From NCBI RefSeq assembly GCF_009914755.1, contig NC_060936.1: a DNA stretch of 64,000 bases; one strand, 5' to 3'. A model generated the notes under the pieces. That model did no database searches. It saw nothing but the letters and a program-made list of their open reading frames with translations, and was not told where the DNA came from. Position numbers and translations under genes: made by a program. This document shows positions 26,595 to 40,700 of this stretch, one piece after another. Every line of letters begins with the position of its first letter. The first letter of the stretch is position 1. Origin of the DNA: the human T2T-CHM13v2.0 reference genome, Homo sapiens.

Positions 26595-29500
26595 TCCCGT
26601 TTCCAACGAAGGCCTCAAAGAGGTCCAAATATCCACTTGCAGACTTTACAAAGACAGTGTCTCCAAACTCCTCCATCAAAAGAAAGGTTATACTCTGTGA
26701 ATTGAACGCACACATCACAAAGTAGTTTCTGAGAATGATTCTGTCTAGTTTTTATACGAAGATATTTCCTTTTCTACATTTGGCCTAAAAGCGCTTGAAA
26801 TCTCCACCTGCAAATATCACAAAAAGAGGGTTTCACATCTGCTCTGTCTAAAGGACAGTTCACCTCTGTGAGTTGAATAGAGGCAACACAAAGAACTTAC
26901 TCAGTATTCTTCTTTCTAGCATTCTATGAAGAAATCCCGTTTCCAACGAAGGCCCCAAAGAGGTCCAAATATCTGCTTGCAGACTTTACAAAGACAGTGT
27001 CTCCAAACTCCTCCGTCAAAAGAAAGGTTATACTCTGTGAATTGAACGCACACATCACAAAGTAGTTTCTGAGAATGATTCTGTCTAGTTTTTATACGAA
27101 GATATTTCCTTTTCTACATTTGGCCTAAAAGCGCTTGAAATCTCCACCTGCAAATATCACAAAAAGAGGGTTTCACATCTGCTCTATCTAAAGGAGAGTT
27201 CACCTCTGTGAGTTGAATAGAGGCAACACAAAGAACTTACTCAGTATTCTTCTTTCTAGCGTTCTATGAAGAAATCCCGTTTCCAACGAAGGCCTCAAAG
27301 AGGTCAAATATCTGCTTGCAGACTTTACAGACAGAGTGTTTCCAAACTACTCTATGAAAAGAAAGCTTAAACTCCTTGAGTTGAACGCACACATCACAAA
27401 GTAGTTTCTGAGAATGATTCTGTCTAGTTTTTATACGAAGATGTTTCCTTTTCTACATTTGGTCTCAAAGCGATTGAAATCTCCAACTGGAAACTGCACA
27501 AATAGGCTGTTTCAAATCTGCTCTGTCTAAAGGAAGGTTCAACTCTGTGAGTTGAATACACACACCACAAATAAGTTACTGAGAATTCTTCTGTCGAACA
27601 TTACTTGAAAAAATCCCGTTTCCAACGAAGGCCTCAAGGAGGTCCAAATAACCACTTGCAGACATTACAAACAGAGTGTTTCCAAACTGCTCCATCAAAA
27701 GAAAGGTTAAACTCTGTGAGCTGAACACACACATCAAAAAGAAGTTTCTGTGAATGATTCTGTCTAGATTTTATAAGATGTTTCCTTTTCTACCGTAGGC
27801 CTCAAAGCGCTTGAAATCTCCAGCTGCAATTTCCACAAAAAGGGTGTTTAACATCTGCTCTTCTAAAGGAAAGTTCAACTCTATGAGTTGAATACACACA
27901 GCACAAAGAAGTTACTGAGACTTCTCCTATCAAACATTATATGAAGAAATCCGGTTTCCAACGAAGGCCTCAAAGAGGTCCAAATATCTGCTTGCAGACT
28001 TTACAGACAGAGTGTTTCCAAACTGCTCCATCAAAAGAAAGGTTAAACTCCTTGAGTTGAACACACACATCACAAAGTAGTTTCTGTGAATGATTCTGTC
28101 TAGTTTTTATACGAAGATGTTTCCTTTTCTACCTTTGGTCTCAAAGCGATTGAAATCTCCACATGGAAACTCCACAAAAAGAGTGTTTCAAATCTGCTCT
28201 TTCTGAAGGAAGGTTCAACTCTGTGAGTTGAATACACACACCACAAATAAGTTACTGAGAATTCTTCTGTGTAACATTATATGAGGAAATCCCGTTTCCA
28301 ACGAAGGCCTCAAAGAGGTCCAAATATCCACTTGCAGACTTTACAAAGACAGTGTCTCCAAACTCCTCCATCAAAAGAAAGGTTATACTCTGTGAATTGA
28401 ACGCACACATCACAAAGTAGTTTCTGAGAATGATTCTGTCTAGTTTTTATACGAAGATATTTCCTTTTCTACATTTGGCCTAAAAGCGCTTGAAATCTCC
28501 ACCTGCAAATATCACAAAAAGAGGGTTTCACATCTGCTCTGTCTAAAGGACAGTTCACCTCTGTGAGTTGAATAGAGGCAACACAAAGAACTTACTCAGT
28601 ATTCTTCTTTCTAGCATTCTATGAAGAAATCCCGTTTCCAACGAAGGCCCCAAAGAGGTCCAAATATCTGCTTGCAGACTTTACAAAGACAGTGTCTCCA
28701 AACTCCTCCGTCAAAAGAAAGGTTATACTCTGTGAATTGAACGCACACATCACAAAGTAGTTTCTGAGAATGATTCTGTCTAGTTTTTATACGAAGATAT
28801 TTCCTTTTCTACATTTGGCCTAAAAGCGCTTGAAATCTCCACCTGCAAATATCACAAAAAGAGGGTTTCACATCTGCTCTATCTAAAGGAGAGTTCACCT
28901 CTGTGAGTTGAATAGAGGCAACACAAAGAACTTACTCAGTATTCTTCTTTCTAGCGTTCTATGAAGAAATCCCGTTTCCAACGAAGGCCTCAAAGAGGTC
29001 AAATATCTGCTTGCAGACTTTACAGACAGAGTGTTTCCAAACTACTCTATGAAAAGAAAGCTTAAACTCCTTGAGTTGAACGCACACATCACAAAGTAGT
29101 TTCTGAGAATGATTCTGTCTAGTTTTTATACGAAGATGTTTCCTTTTCTACATTTGGTCTCAAAGCGATTGAAATCTCCAACTGGAAACTGCACAAATAG
29201 GCTGTTTCAAATCTGCTCTGTCTAAAGGAAGGTTCAACTCTGTGAGTTGAATACACACACCACAAATAAGTTACTGAGAATTCTTCTGTCGAACATTACT
29301 TGAAAAAATCCCGTTTCCAACGAAGGCCTCAAGGAGGTCCAAATAACCACTTGCAGACATTACAAACAGAGTGTTTCCAAACTGCTCCATCAAAAGAAAG
29401 GTTAAACTCTGTGAGCTGAACACACACATCAAAAAGAAGTTTCTGTGAATGATTCTGTCTAGATTTTATAAGATGTTTCCTTTTCTACCGTAGGCCTCAA

Positions 29501-32500
29501 AGCGCTTGAAATCTCCAGCTGCAAATTCCACAAAAAGGGTGTTTAACATCTGCTCTTCTAAAGGAAAGTTCAACTCTATGAGTTGAATACACACAGCACA
29601 AAGAAGTTACTGAGACTTCTCCTATCAAACATTATATGAAGAAATCCCGTTTCCAACGAAGGCCTCAAAGAGGTCCAAATATCTGCTGGCAGACTTTACA
29701 GACACAGTTTTTCCAAACTGCTCCATCAAGAGAAAGGTTAAACTCCTTGAGTTGAACACACACATCACAAAGTAGTTTCTGTGAATGATTCTGTCTAGTT
29801 TTTATACGAAGATGTTTCCTTTTCTACCTTTGGTCTCAAAGCGATTGAAATCTCCACATGGAAACTCCACAAAAAGAGTGTTTCAAATCTGCTCTTTCTG
29901 AAGGAAGGTTCAACTCTGTGAGTTGAATACACACACCACAAATAAGTTACTGAGAATTCTTCTGTGTAACATTATATGAGGAAATCCCGTTTCCAACGAA
30001 GGCCTCAAAGAGGTCCAAATATCCACTTGCAGACTTTACAAAGACAGTGTCTCCAAACTCCTCCATCAAAAGAAAGGTTATACTCTGTGAATTGAACGCA
30101 CACATCACAAAGTAGTTTCTGAGAATGATTCTGTCTAGTTTTTATACGAAGATATTTCCTTTTCTACATTTGGCCTAAAAGCGCTTGAAATCTCCACCTG
30201 CAAATATCACAAAAAGAGGGTTTCACATCTGCTCTGTCTAAAGGACAGTTCACCTCTGTGAGTTGAATAGAGGCAACACAAAGAACTTACTCAGTATTCT
30301 TCTTTCTAGCATTCTATGAAGAAATCCCGTTTCCAACGAAGGCCCCAAAGAGGTCCAAATATCTGCTTGCAGACTTTACAAAGACAGTGTCTCCAAACTC
30401 CTCCGTCAAAAGAAAGGTTATACTCTGTGAATTGAACGCACACATCACAAAGTAGTTTCTGAGAATGATTCTGTCTAGTTTTTATACGAAGATATTTCCT
30501 TTTCTACATTTGGCCTAAAAGCGCTTGAAATCTCCACCTGCAAATATCACAAAAAGAGGGTTTCACATCTGCTCTATCTAAAGGAGAGTTCACCTCTGTG
30601 AGTTGAATAGAGGCAACACAAAGAACTTACTCAGTATTCTTCTTTCTAGCGTTCTATGAAGAAATCCCGTTTCCAACGAAGGCCTCAAAGAGGTCAAATA
30701 TCTGCTTGCAGACTTTACAGACAGAGTGTTTCCAAACTACTCTATGAAAAGAAAGCTTAAACTCCTTGAGTTGAACGCACACATCACAAAGTAGTTTCTG
30801 AGAATGATTCTGTCTAGTTTTTATACGAAGATGTTTCCTTTTCTACATTTGGTCTCAAAGCGATTGAAATCTCCAACTGGAAACTGCACAAATAGGCTGT
30901 TTCAAATCTGCTCTGTCTAAAGGAAGGTTCAACTCTGTGAGTTGAATACACACACCACAAATAAGTTACTGAGAATTCTTCTGTCGAACATTACTTGAAA
31001 AAATCCCGTTTCCAACGAAGGCCTCAAGGAGGTCCAAATAACCACTTGCAGACATTACAAACAGAGTGTTTCCAAACTGCTCCATCAAAAGAAAGGTTAA
31101 ACTCTGTGAGCTGAACACACACATCAAAAAGAAGTTTCTGTGAATGATTCTGTCTAGATTTTATAAGATGTTTCCTTTTCTACCGTAGGCCTCAAAGCGC
31201 TTGAAATCTCCAGCTGCAAATTCCACAAAAAGGGTGTTTAACATCTGCTCTTCTAAAGGAAAGTTCAACTCTATGAGTTGAATACACACAGCACAAAGAA
31301 GTTACTGAGACTTCTCCTATCAAACATTACATGAAGAAATCCCGTTTCCAACGAAGGCCTCAAAGAGGTCCAAATATCTGCTTGCAGACTTTACAGACAG
31401 AGTGTTTCCAAACTGCTCCATCAAAAGAAAGGTTAAACTCCTTGAGTTGAACACACACATCACAAAGTAGTTTCTGTGAATGATTCTGTCTAGTTTTTAT
31501 ACGAAGATGTTTCCTTTTCTACCTTTGGTCTCAAAGCGATTGAAATCTCCACATGGAAACTCCACAAAAAGAGTGTTTCAAATCTGCTCTTTCTGAAGGA
31601 AGGTTCAACTCTGTGAGTTGAATACACACACCACAAATAAGTTACTGAGAATTCTTCTGTGTAACATTATATGAGGAAATCCCGTTTCCAACGAAGGCCT
31701 CAAAGAGGTCCAAATATCCACTTGCAGACTTTACAAAGACAGTGTCTCCAAACTCCTCCATCAAAAGAAAGGTTATACTCTGTGAATTGAACGCACACAT
31801 CACAAAGTAGTTTCTGAGAATGATTCTGTCTAGTTTTTATACGAAGATATTTCCTTTTCTACATTTGGCCTAAAAGCGCTTGAAATCTCCACCTGCAAAT
31901 ATCACAAAAAGAGGGTTTCACATCTGCTCTGTCTAAAGGACAGTTCACCTCTGTGAGTTGAATAGAGGCAACACAAAGAACTTACTCAGTATTCTTCTTT
32001 CTAGCATTCTATGAAGAAATCCCGTTTCCAACGAAGGCCCCAAAGAGGTCCAAATATCTGCTTGCAGACTTTACAAAGACAGTGTCTCCAAACTCCTCCG
32101 TCAAAAGAAAGGTTATACTCTGTGAATTGAACGCACACATCACAAAGTAGTTTCTGAGAATGATTCTGTCTAGTTTTTATACGAAGATATTTCCTTTTCT
32201 ACATTTGGCCTAAAAGCGCTTGAAATCTCCACCTGCAAATATCACAAAAAGAGGGTTTCACATCTGCTCTATCTAAAGGAGAGTTCACCTCTGTGAGTTG
32301 AATAGAGGCAACACAAAGAACTTACTCAGTATTCTTCTTTCTAGCGTTCTATGAAGAAATCCCGTTTCCAACGAAGGCCTCAAAGAGGTCAAATATCTGC
32401 TTGCAGACTTTACAGACAGAGTGTTTCCAAACTACTCTATGAAAAGAAAGCTTAAACTCCTTGAGTTGAACGCACACATCACAAAGTAGTTTCTGAGAAT

Positions 32501-35069
32501 GATTCTGTCTAGTTTTTATACGAAGATGTTTCCTTTTCTACATTTGGTCTCAAAGCGATTGAAATCTCCAACTGGAAACTGCACAAATAGGCTGTTTCAA
32601 ATCTGCTCTGTCTAAAGGAAGGTTCAACTCTGTGAGTTGAATACACACACCACAAATAAGTTACTGAGAATTCTTCTGTCGAACATTACTTGAAAAAATC
32701 CCGTTTCCAACGAAGGCCTCAAGGAGGTCCAAATAACCACTTGCAGACATTACAAACAGAGTGTTTCCAAACTGCTCCATCAAAAGAAAGGTTAAACTCT
32801 GTGAGCTGAACACACACATCAAAAAGAAGTTTCTGTGAATGATTCTGTCTAGATTTTATAAGATGTTTCCTTTTCTACCGTAGGCCTCAAAGCGCTTGAA
32901 ATCTCCAGCTGCAAATTCCACAAAAAGGGTGTTTAACATCTGCTCTTCTAAAGGAAAGTTCAACTCTATGAGTTGAATACACACAGCACAAAGAAGTTAC
33001 TGAGACTTCTCCTATCAAACATTATATGAAGAAATCCCGTTTCCAACGAAGGCCTCAAAGAGGTCCAAATATCTGCTGGCAGACTTTACAGACACAGTTT
33101 TTCCAAACTGCTCCATCAAGAGAAAGGTTAAACTCCTTGAGTTGAACACACACATCACAAAGTAGTTTCTGTGAATGATTCTGTCTAGTTTTTATACGAA
33201 GATGTTTCCTTTTCTACCTTTGGTCTCAAAGCGATTGAAATCTCCACATGGAAACTCCACAAAAAGAGTGTTTCAAATCTGCTCTTTCTGAAGGAAGGTT
33301 CAACTCTGTGAGTTGAATACACACACCACAAATAAGTTACTGAGAATTCTTCTGTGTAACATTATATGAGGAAATCCCGTTTCCAACGAAGGCCTCAAAG
33401 AGGTCCAAATATCCACTTGCAGACTTTACAAAGACAGTGTCTCCAAACTCCTCCATCAAAAGAAAGGTTATACTCTGTGAATTGAACGCACACATCACAA
33501 AGTAGTTTCTGAGAATGATTCTGTCTAGTTTTTATACGAAGATATTTCCTTTTCTACATTTGGCCTAAAAGCGCTTGAAATCTCCACCTGCAAATATCAC
33601 AAAAAGAGGGTTTCACATCTGCTCTGTCTAAAGGACAGTTCACCTCTGTGAGTTGAATAGAGGCAACACAAAGAACTTACTCAGTATTCTTCTTTCTAGC
33701 ATTCTATGAAGAAATCCCGTTTCCAACGAAGGCCCCAAAGAGGTCCAAATATCTGCTTGCAGACTTTACAAAGACAGTGTCTCCAAACTCCTCCGTCAAA
33801 AGAAAGGTTATACTCTGTGAATTGAACGCACACATCACAAAGTAGTTTCTGAGAATGATTCTGTCTAGTTTTTATACGAAGATATTTCCTTTTCTACATT
33901 TGGCCTAAAAGCGCTTGAAATCTCCACCTGCAAATATCACAAAAAGAGGGTTTCACATCTGCTCTATCTAAAGGAGAGTTCACCTCTGTGAGTTGAATAG
34001 AGGCAACACAAAGAACTTACTCAGTATTCTTCTTTCTAGCGTTCTATGAAGAAATCCCGTTTCCAACGAAGGCCTCAAAGAGGTCAAATATCTGCTTGCA
34101 GACTTTACAGACAGAGTGTTTCCAAACTACTCTATGAAAAGAAAGCTTAAACTCCTTGAGTTGAACGCACACATCACAAAGTAGTTTCTGAGAATGATTC
34201 TGTCTAGTTTTTATACGAAGATGTTTCCTTTTCTACATTTGGTCTCAAAGCGATTGAAATCTCCAACTGGAAACTGCACAAATAGGCTGTTTCAAATCTG
34301 CTCTGTCTAAAGGAAGGTTCAACTCTGTGAGTTGAATACACACACCACAAATAAGTTACTGAGAATTCTTCTGTCGAACATTACTTGAAAAAATCCCGTT
34401 TCCAACGAAGGCCTCAAGGAGGTCCAAATAACCACTTGCAGACATTACAAACAGAGTGTTTCCAAACTGCTCCATCAAAAGAAAGGTTAAACTCTGTGAG
34501 CTGAACACACACATCAAAAAGAAGTTTCTGTGAATGATTCTGTCTAGATTTTATAAGATGTTTCCTTTTCTACCGTAGGCCTCAAAGCGCTTGAAATCTC
34601 CAGCTGCAAATTCCACAAAAAGGGTGTTTAACATCTGCTCTTCTAAAGGAAAGTTCAACTCTATGAGTTGAATACACACAGCACAAAGAAGTTACTGAGA
34701 CTTCTCCTATCAAACATTACATGAAGAAATCCCGTTTCCAACGAAGGCCTCAAAGAGGTCCAAATATCTGCTTGCAGACTTTACAGACAGAGTGTTTCCA
34801 AACTGCTCCATCAAAAGAAAGGTTAAACTCCTTGAGTTGAACACACACATCACAAAGTAGTTTCTGTGAATGATTCTGTCTAGTTTTTATACGAAGATGT
34901 TTCCTTTTGTACCTTTGGTCTCAAAGCGATTGAAATCTCCACATGGAAACTCCACAAAAAGGGTGTTTCAAATCTGCTCTTTCTGAAGGAAGGTTCAACT
35001 CTGTGAGTTGAATACACACACCACAAATAAGTTACTGAGAATTCTTCTGTGTAACATTATATGAGGAAA
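26595..35069 (-). repeat. Five tandem copies of a 1695-bp 10-mer variant HOR (A-A'-B-C-D)
   Basis: Units start at 26595, 28290, 29985, 31680 and 33375. Each has two consecutive A dimers, the second marked by CTCCGTCAAA and CTATCTAAAGGAGAG. Confidence 0.93.
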
Positions 35070-37787
35070 TCCCGTTTCCAACGAAGGCCTCAAAGAGGTC
35101 CAAATATCCACTTGCAGACTTTACAAAGACAGGGTCTCCAAACTCCTCCATCAAAAGAAAGGTTATACTCTGTGAATTGAACGCACACATCACAAAGTGG
35201 TTTCTGAGAATGATTCTGTCTAGTTTTTATACGAAGATATTTCCTTTTCTACATTTGGCCTCAAAGCGCTTGAAATCTCCACCTGCAAATATCACAAAAA
35301 GAGGGTTTCACATCTGCTCTGTCTAAAGGACAGTTCACCTCTGTGAGTTGAATAGAGGCAACACAAAGAACTTACTCAGTATTCTTCTTTCTAGCGTTCT
35401 ATGAAGAAATCCCGTTTCCAACGAAGGCCCCAAAGAGGTCCAAATATCTGCTTGCAGACTTTACAGACAGAGTGTTTCCAAACTACTCTATGAAAAGAAA
35501 GCTTAAACTCCTTGAGTTGAACGCACACATCACAAAGTAGTTTCTGAGAATGATTCTGTCTAGTTTTTATACGAAGATGTTTCCTTTTCTACATTTGGTC
35601 TCAAAGCGATTGAAATCTCCAACTGGAAACTGCACAAATAGGGTGTTTCAAATCTGCTCTGTCTAAAGGAAGGTTCAACTCTGTGAGTTGAATACACATA
35701 CCACAAATAAGTTACTGAGAATTCTTCTGTCGAACATTACTTGGAGAAATCCCGTTTCCAACGAAGGCCTCAAAGAGGTCCAAATATCCACTTGCAGACA
35801 TTACAAACAGAGTGTTTCCAAACTGCTCCATCAAAAGAAAGGTTAAACTCTGTGAGCTGAACACACACATCAAAAAGAAGTTTCTGTGAATGATTCTGTC
35901 TAGATATTATAAGAAGATGTTTCCTTTTCTACCGTAGGCCTCAAAGCGCTTGAAATCTCCAGCTGCAAATTCCACAAAAAGGGTGTTTAACATCTGCTCT
36001 TCTAAAGGAAAGTTCAACTCTATGAGTTGAATACACACAGCACAAAGAAGTTACTGAGACTTCTCCTATCAAACATTACATGAAGAAATCCCGTTTCCAA
36101 CGAAGGCCTCAAAGAGGTCCAAATATCTGCTTGCAGACTTTACAGACAGAGTGTTTCCAAACTGCTCCATCAAAAGAAAGGTTAAACTCCTTGAGTTGAA
36201 CACACACATCACAAAGTAGTTTCTGTGAATGATTCTGTCTAGTTTTTATACGAAGATGTTTCCTTTTGTACCTTTGGTCTCAAAGCGATTGAAATCTCCA
36301 CATGGAAACTCCACAAAAAGGGTGTTTCAAATCTGCTCTTTCTGAAGGAAGGTTCAACTCTGTGAGTTGAATACACACACCACAAATAAGTTACTGAGAA
36401 TTCTTCTGTGTAACATTATATGAGGAAATCCCGTTTCCAACGAAGGCCTCAAAGAGGTCCAAATATCCACTTGCAGACTTTACAAAGACAGGGTCTCCAA
36501 ACTCCTCCATCAAAAGAAAGGTTATACTCTGTGAATTGAACGCACACATCACAAAGTGGTTTCTGAGAATGATTCTGTCTAGTTTTTATACGAAGATATT
36601 TCCTTTTCTACATTTGGCCTAAAAGCGCTTGAAATCTCCACCTGCAAATATCACAAAAAGAGGGTTTCACATCTGCTCTGTCTAAAGGACAGTTCACCTC
36701 TGTGAGTTGAATAGAGGCAACACAAAGAACTTACTCAGTATTCTTCTTTCCAGCGTTCTATGAAGAAATCCCTTTTCCAACGAAGGCCTCAAATAGGTCC
36801 AAATATCTGCTTGCAGACTTTACAGACAGAGTGTTTCCAAACTACTCTATGAAAAGAAAGCTTAAACTCCTTGAGTTGAACGCACACATCACAAAGTAGT
36901 TTCTGAGAATGATTCTGTCTAGTTTTTATACGAAGATGTTTCCTTTTCTACATTTGGTCTCAAAGCGATTGAAATCTCCAACTGGAAACTGCACAAATAG
37001 GGTGTTTCAAATCTGCTCTGTCTAAAGGAAGGTTCAACTCTGTGAGTTGAATACACACACCACAAATAAGTTACTGAGAATTCTTCTGTCGAACATTACT
37101 TGAAGAAATCCCGTTTCCAACGAAGGCCTCAAAGAGGTCCAAATATCCACTTGCAGACATTACAAACAGAGTGTTTCCAAACTGCTCCATCAAAAGAAAG
37201 GTTAAACTCTGTGAGCTGAACACACACATCAAAAAGAAGTTTCTGTGAATGATTCTGTCTAGATATTATAAGAAGATGTTTCCTTTTCTACCGTAGGCCT
37301 CAAAGCGCTTGAAATCTCCAGCTGCAAATTCCACAAAAAGGGTGTTTAACATCTGCTCTTCTAAAGGAAAGTTCAACTCTATGAGTTGAATACACACAGC
37401 ACAAAGAAGTTACTGAGACTTCTCCTATCAAACATTATATGAAGAAATCCCGTTTCCAACGAAGGCCTCAAAGAGGTCCAAATATCTGCTTGCAGACTTT
37501 ACAGACAGAGTGTTTCCAAACTGCTCCATCAAAAGAAAGGTTAAACTCCTTGAGTTGAACACACACATCACAAAGTAGTTTCTGTGAATGATTCTGTCTA
37601 GTTTTTATACGAAGATGTTTCCTTTTCTACCTTTGGTCTCAAAGCGATTGAAATCTCCACATGGAAACTCCACAAAAAGAGTGTTTCAAATCTGCTCTTT
37701 CTGAAGGAAGGTCCAACTCTGTGAGTTGAATACACACACCACAAATAAGTTACTGAGAATTCTTCTGTGTAACATTATATGAGGAAA

Positions 37788-40700
37788 TCCCGTTTCCAAC
37801 GAAGGCCTCAAAGAGGTCCAAATATCCACTTGCAGACTTTACAAAGACAGTGTCTCCAAACTCCTCCATCAAAAGAAAGGTTATACTCTGTGAATTGAAC
37901 GCACACATCACAAAGTAGTTTCTGAGAATGATTGTGTCTAGTTTTTATACGAAGATATTTCCTTTTCTACATTTGGCCTAAAAGCGCTTGAAATCTCCAC
38001 CTGCAAATATCACAAAAAGAGGGTTTCACATCTGCTCTGTCTAAAGGACAGTTCACCTCTGTGAGTTGAATAGAGGCAACACAAAGAACTTACTCAGTAT
38101 TCTTCTTTCTAGCGTTCTATGAAGAAATCACATTTCCAACGAAGGCCCCAAAGAGGTCCAAATATCTGCTTGCAGACTTTACAGACAGAGTGTTTCCAAA
38201 CTACTCTATGAAAAGAAAGCTTAAACTCCTTGAGTTGAACGCACACATCACAAAGTAGTTTCTGAGAATGATTCTGTCTAGTTTTTATACGAAGATGTTT
38301 CCTTTTCTACATTTGGTCTCAAAGCGATTGAAATCTGCAACTGGAAACTGCACAAATAGGGTGTATCAAATCTGCTCTGTCTAAAGAAGGTTCAACTCTG
38401 TGAGTTGAATACACACACCACAGATAAGTTACTGAGAATTCTTCTGTCGAACATTACTTGAAGAAATCCCGTTTCCAACGAAGGCCTCAAAGAGGTCCAA
38501 ATATCTGCTTGCAGACTTTACAGACAGAGTGTTTCCAAACTACTCTATGAAAAGAAAGCTTAAACTCCTTGAGTTGAACGCACACATCACAAAGTAGTTT
38601 CTGATAATGATTCTGTCTAGTTTTTATACGAAGATATTTCCTTTTCTACATTTGGTCTCAAAGCGATTGAAATCTCCAACTGGAAACTGCACAAATAGGG
38701 TGTTTCAAATCTGCTCTGTCTAAAGGAAGGTTCAACTCTGTGAGTTGAATACACACACCACAAATAAGTTACTGAGAATTCTTCTGTCGAAAATTACTTG
38801 AAGAAATCCCGTTTCCAACGAAGGCCTCAAAGAGCTCCAAATATCCACTTGCAGACATTACAAACAGAGTGTTTCCAAACTGCTCCATCAAAAGAAAGGT
38901 TAAACTCTGTGAGCTGAACACACACATCAAAAAGAAGATTCTGTGAATGATTCTGTCTAGATTTTATAAGATGTTTCCTTTTCTACCGTAGGCCTCAAAG
39001 CGCTTGAAATCTCCAGCTGCAAATTCCACAAAAAGGGTGTTTAACATCTGCTCTTCTAAAGGAAAGTTCAACTCTATGCGTTGAATACACACAGCACAAA
39101 GAAGTTACTGAGACTTCTCCTATCAAACATTATATGAAGAAATCCCGTTTCCAACGAAGGCCTCAAAGAGGTCCAAATATCTGCTTGCAGACTTTACAGA
39201 CAGAGTGTTTCCAAACTGCTCCATCAAAAGAAAGGTTAAACTCCTTGAGTTGAACACACACATCACAAAGTAGTTTCTGTGAATGATTCTGTCCAGTTTT
39301 TATACGAAGATGTTTCCTTTTCTACCTTTGGTCTCAAAGCGATTGAAATCTCCACATGGAAACTCCACAAAAAGAGTGATTCAAATCTGCTCTTTCTGAA
39401 GGAAGGTTCAACTCTGTGAGTTGAATACACACAACACAAATAAGTTACTGAGAATTCTTCTGTGTAACATTATATGAGGAAATCCCGTTTCCAACGAAGG
39501 CCTCAAAGAGGTCCAAATATCCACTTGCAGACTTTACAAAGACAGGGTCTCCAAACTCCTCCATCAAAAGAAAGGTTATACTCTGTGAATTGAACGCACA
39601 CATCACAAAGTAGTTTCTGAGAATGATTCTGTCTAGTTTTTATACGAAGATATTTCCTTTTCTACATTTGGCCTAAAAGCGCTTGAAATCTCCACCTGCA
39701 AATATCACAAAAAGAGGGTTTCACATCTGCTCTGTCTAAAGGACAGTTCACCTCTGTGAGTTGAATAGAGGCAACACAAAGAACTTACTCAGTATTCTTC
39801 TTTCTAGCGTTCTATGAAGAAATCCCGTTTCCAACGAAGGCCTCAAAGAGGTCCAAATATCTGCTTGCAGACTTTACAGACAGAGTGTTTCCAAACTACT
39901 CTATGAAAAGAAAGCTTAAACTCCTTGAGTTGAACGCACACATCACAAAGTAGTTTCTGAGAATGATTCTGTCTAGTTTTTATACGAAGATGTTTCGTTT
40001 TCTACATTTGGTCTCAAAGCGATTGAAATCTCCAACTGGAAACTGCACAAATAGGGTGTTTCAAATCTGCTCTGTCTAAAGGAAGGTTCAACTCTGTGAG
40101 TTGAATACACACACCACAAATAAGTTACTGAGAATTCTTCTGTCGAACATTACTTGAAGAAATCCCGTTTCCAAAGAAGGCCTCAAAGAGGTCCAAATAT
40201 CCACTTGCAGACATTACAAACAGAGTGTTTCCAAACTGCTCCATCAAAAGAAAGGTTAAACTCTGTGAGCTGAACACACACATGAAAAAGAAGTTTCTGT
40301 GAATGATTCTGTCTAGATTTTATAAGAAGATGTTTCCTTTTCTACCGTAGGCCTCAAAGCGCTTGAAATCTCCAGCTGCAAATTCCACAAAAAGGGTGTT
40401 TAACATCTGCTCTTCTAAAGGAAAGTTCAACTCTATGCGTTGAATACACACCGCACAAAGAAGTTACTGAGACTTCTCCTATCAAACATTATATGAAGAA
40501 ATCCCGTTTCCAACGAAGGCCCCAAAAGGTCCAAATATCTGCTTGCAGACTTTACAGACAGAGTTTTTCCAAACAGCTCCATCAAAAGAAAGGTTAAACT
40601 CCTTGAGTTGAACACACACATCACAAAGTAGTTTCTGTGAATGATTCTGTCTAGTTTTTATACGAAGATGTTTCCTTTTCTACCTTTGGTCTCAAAGCGA

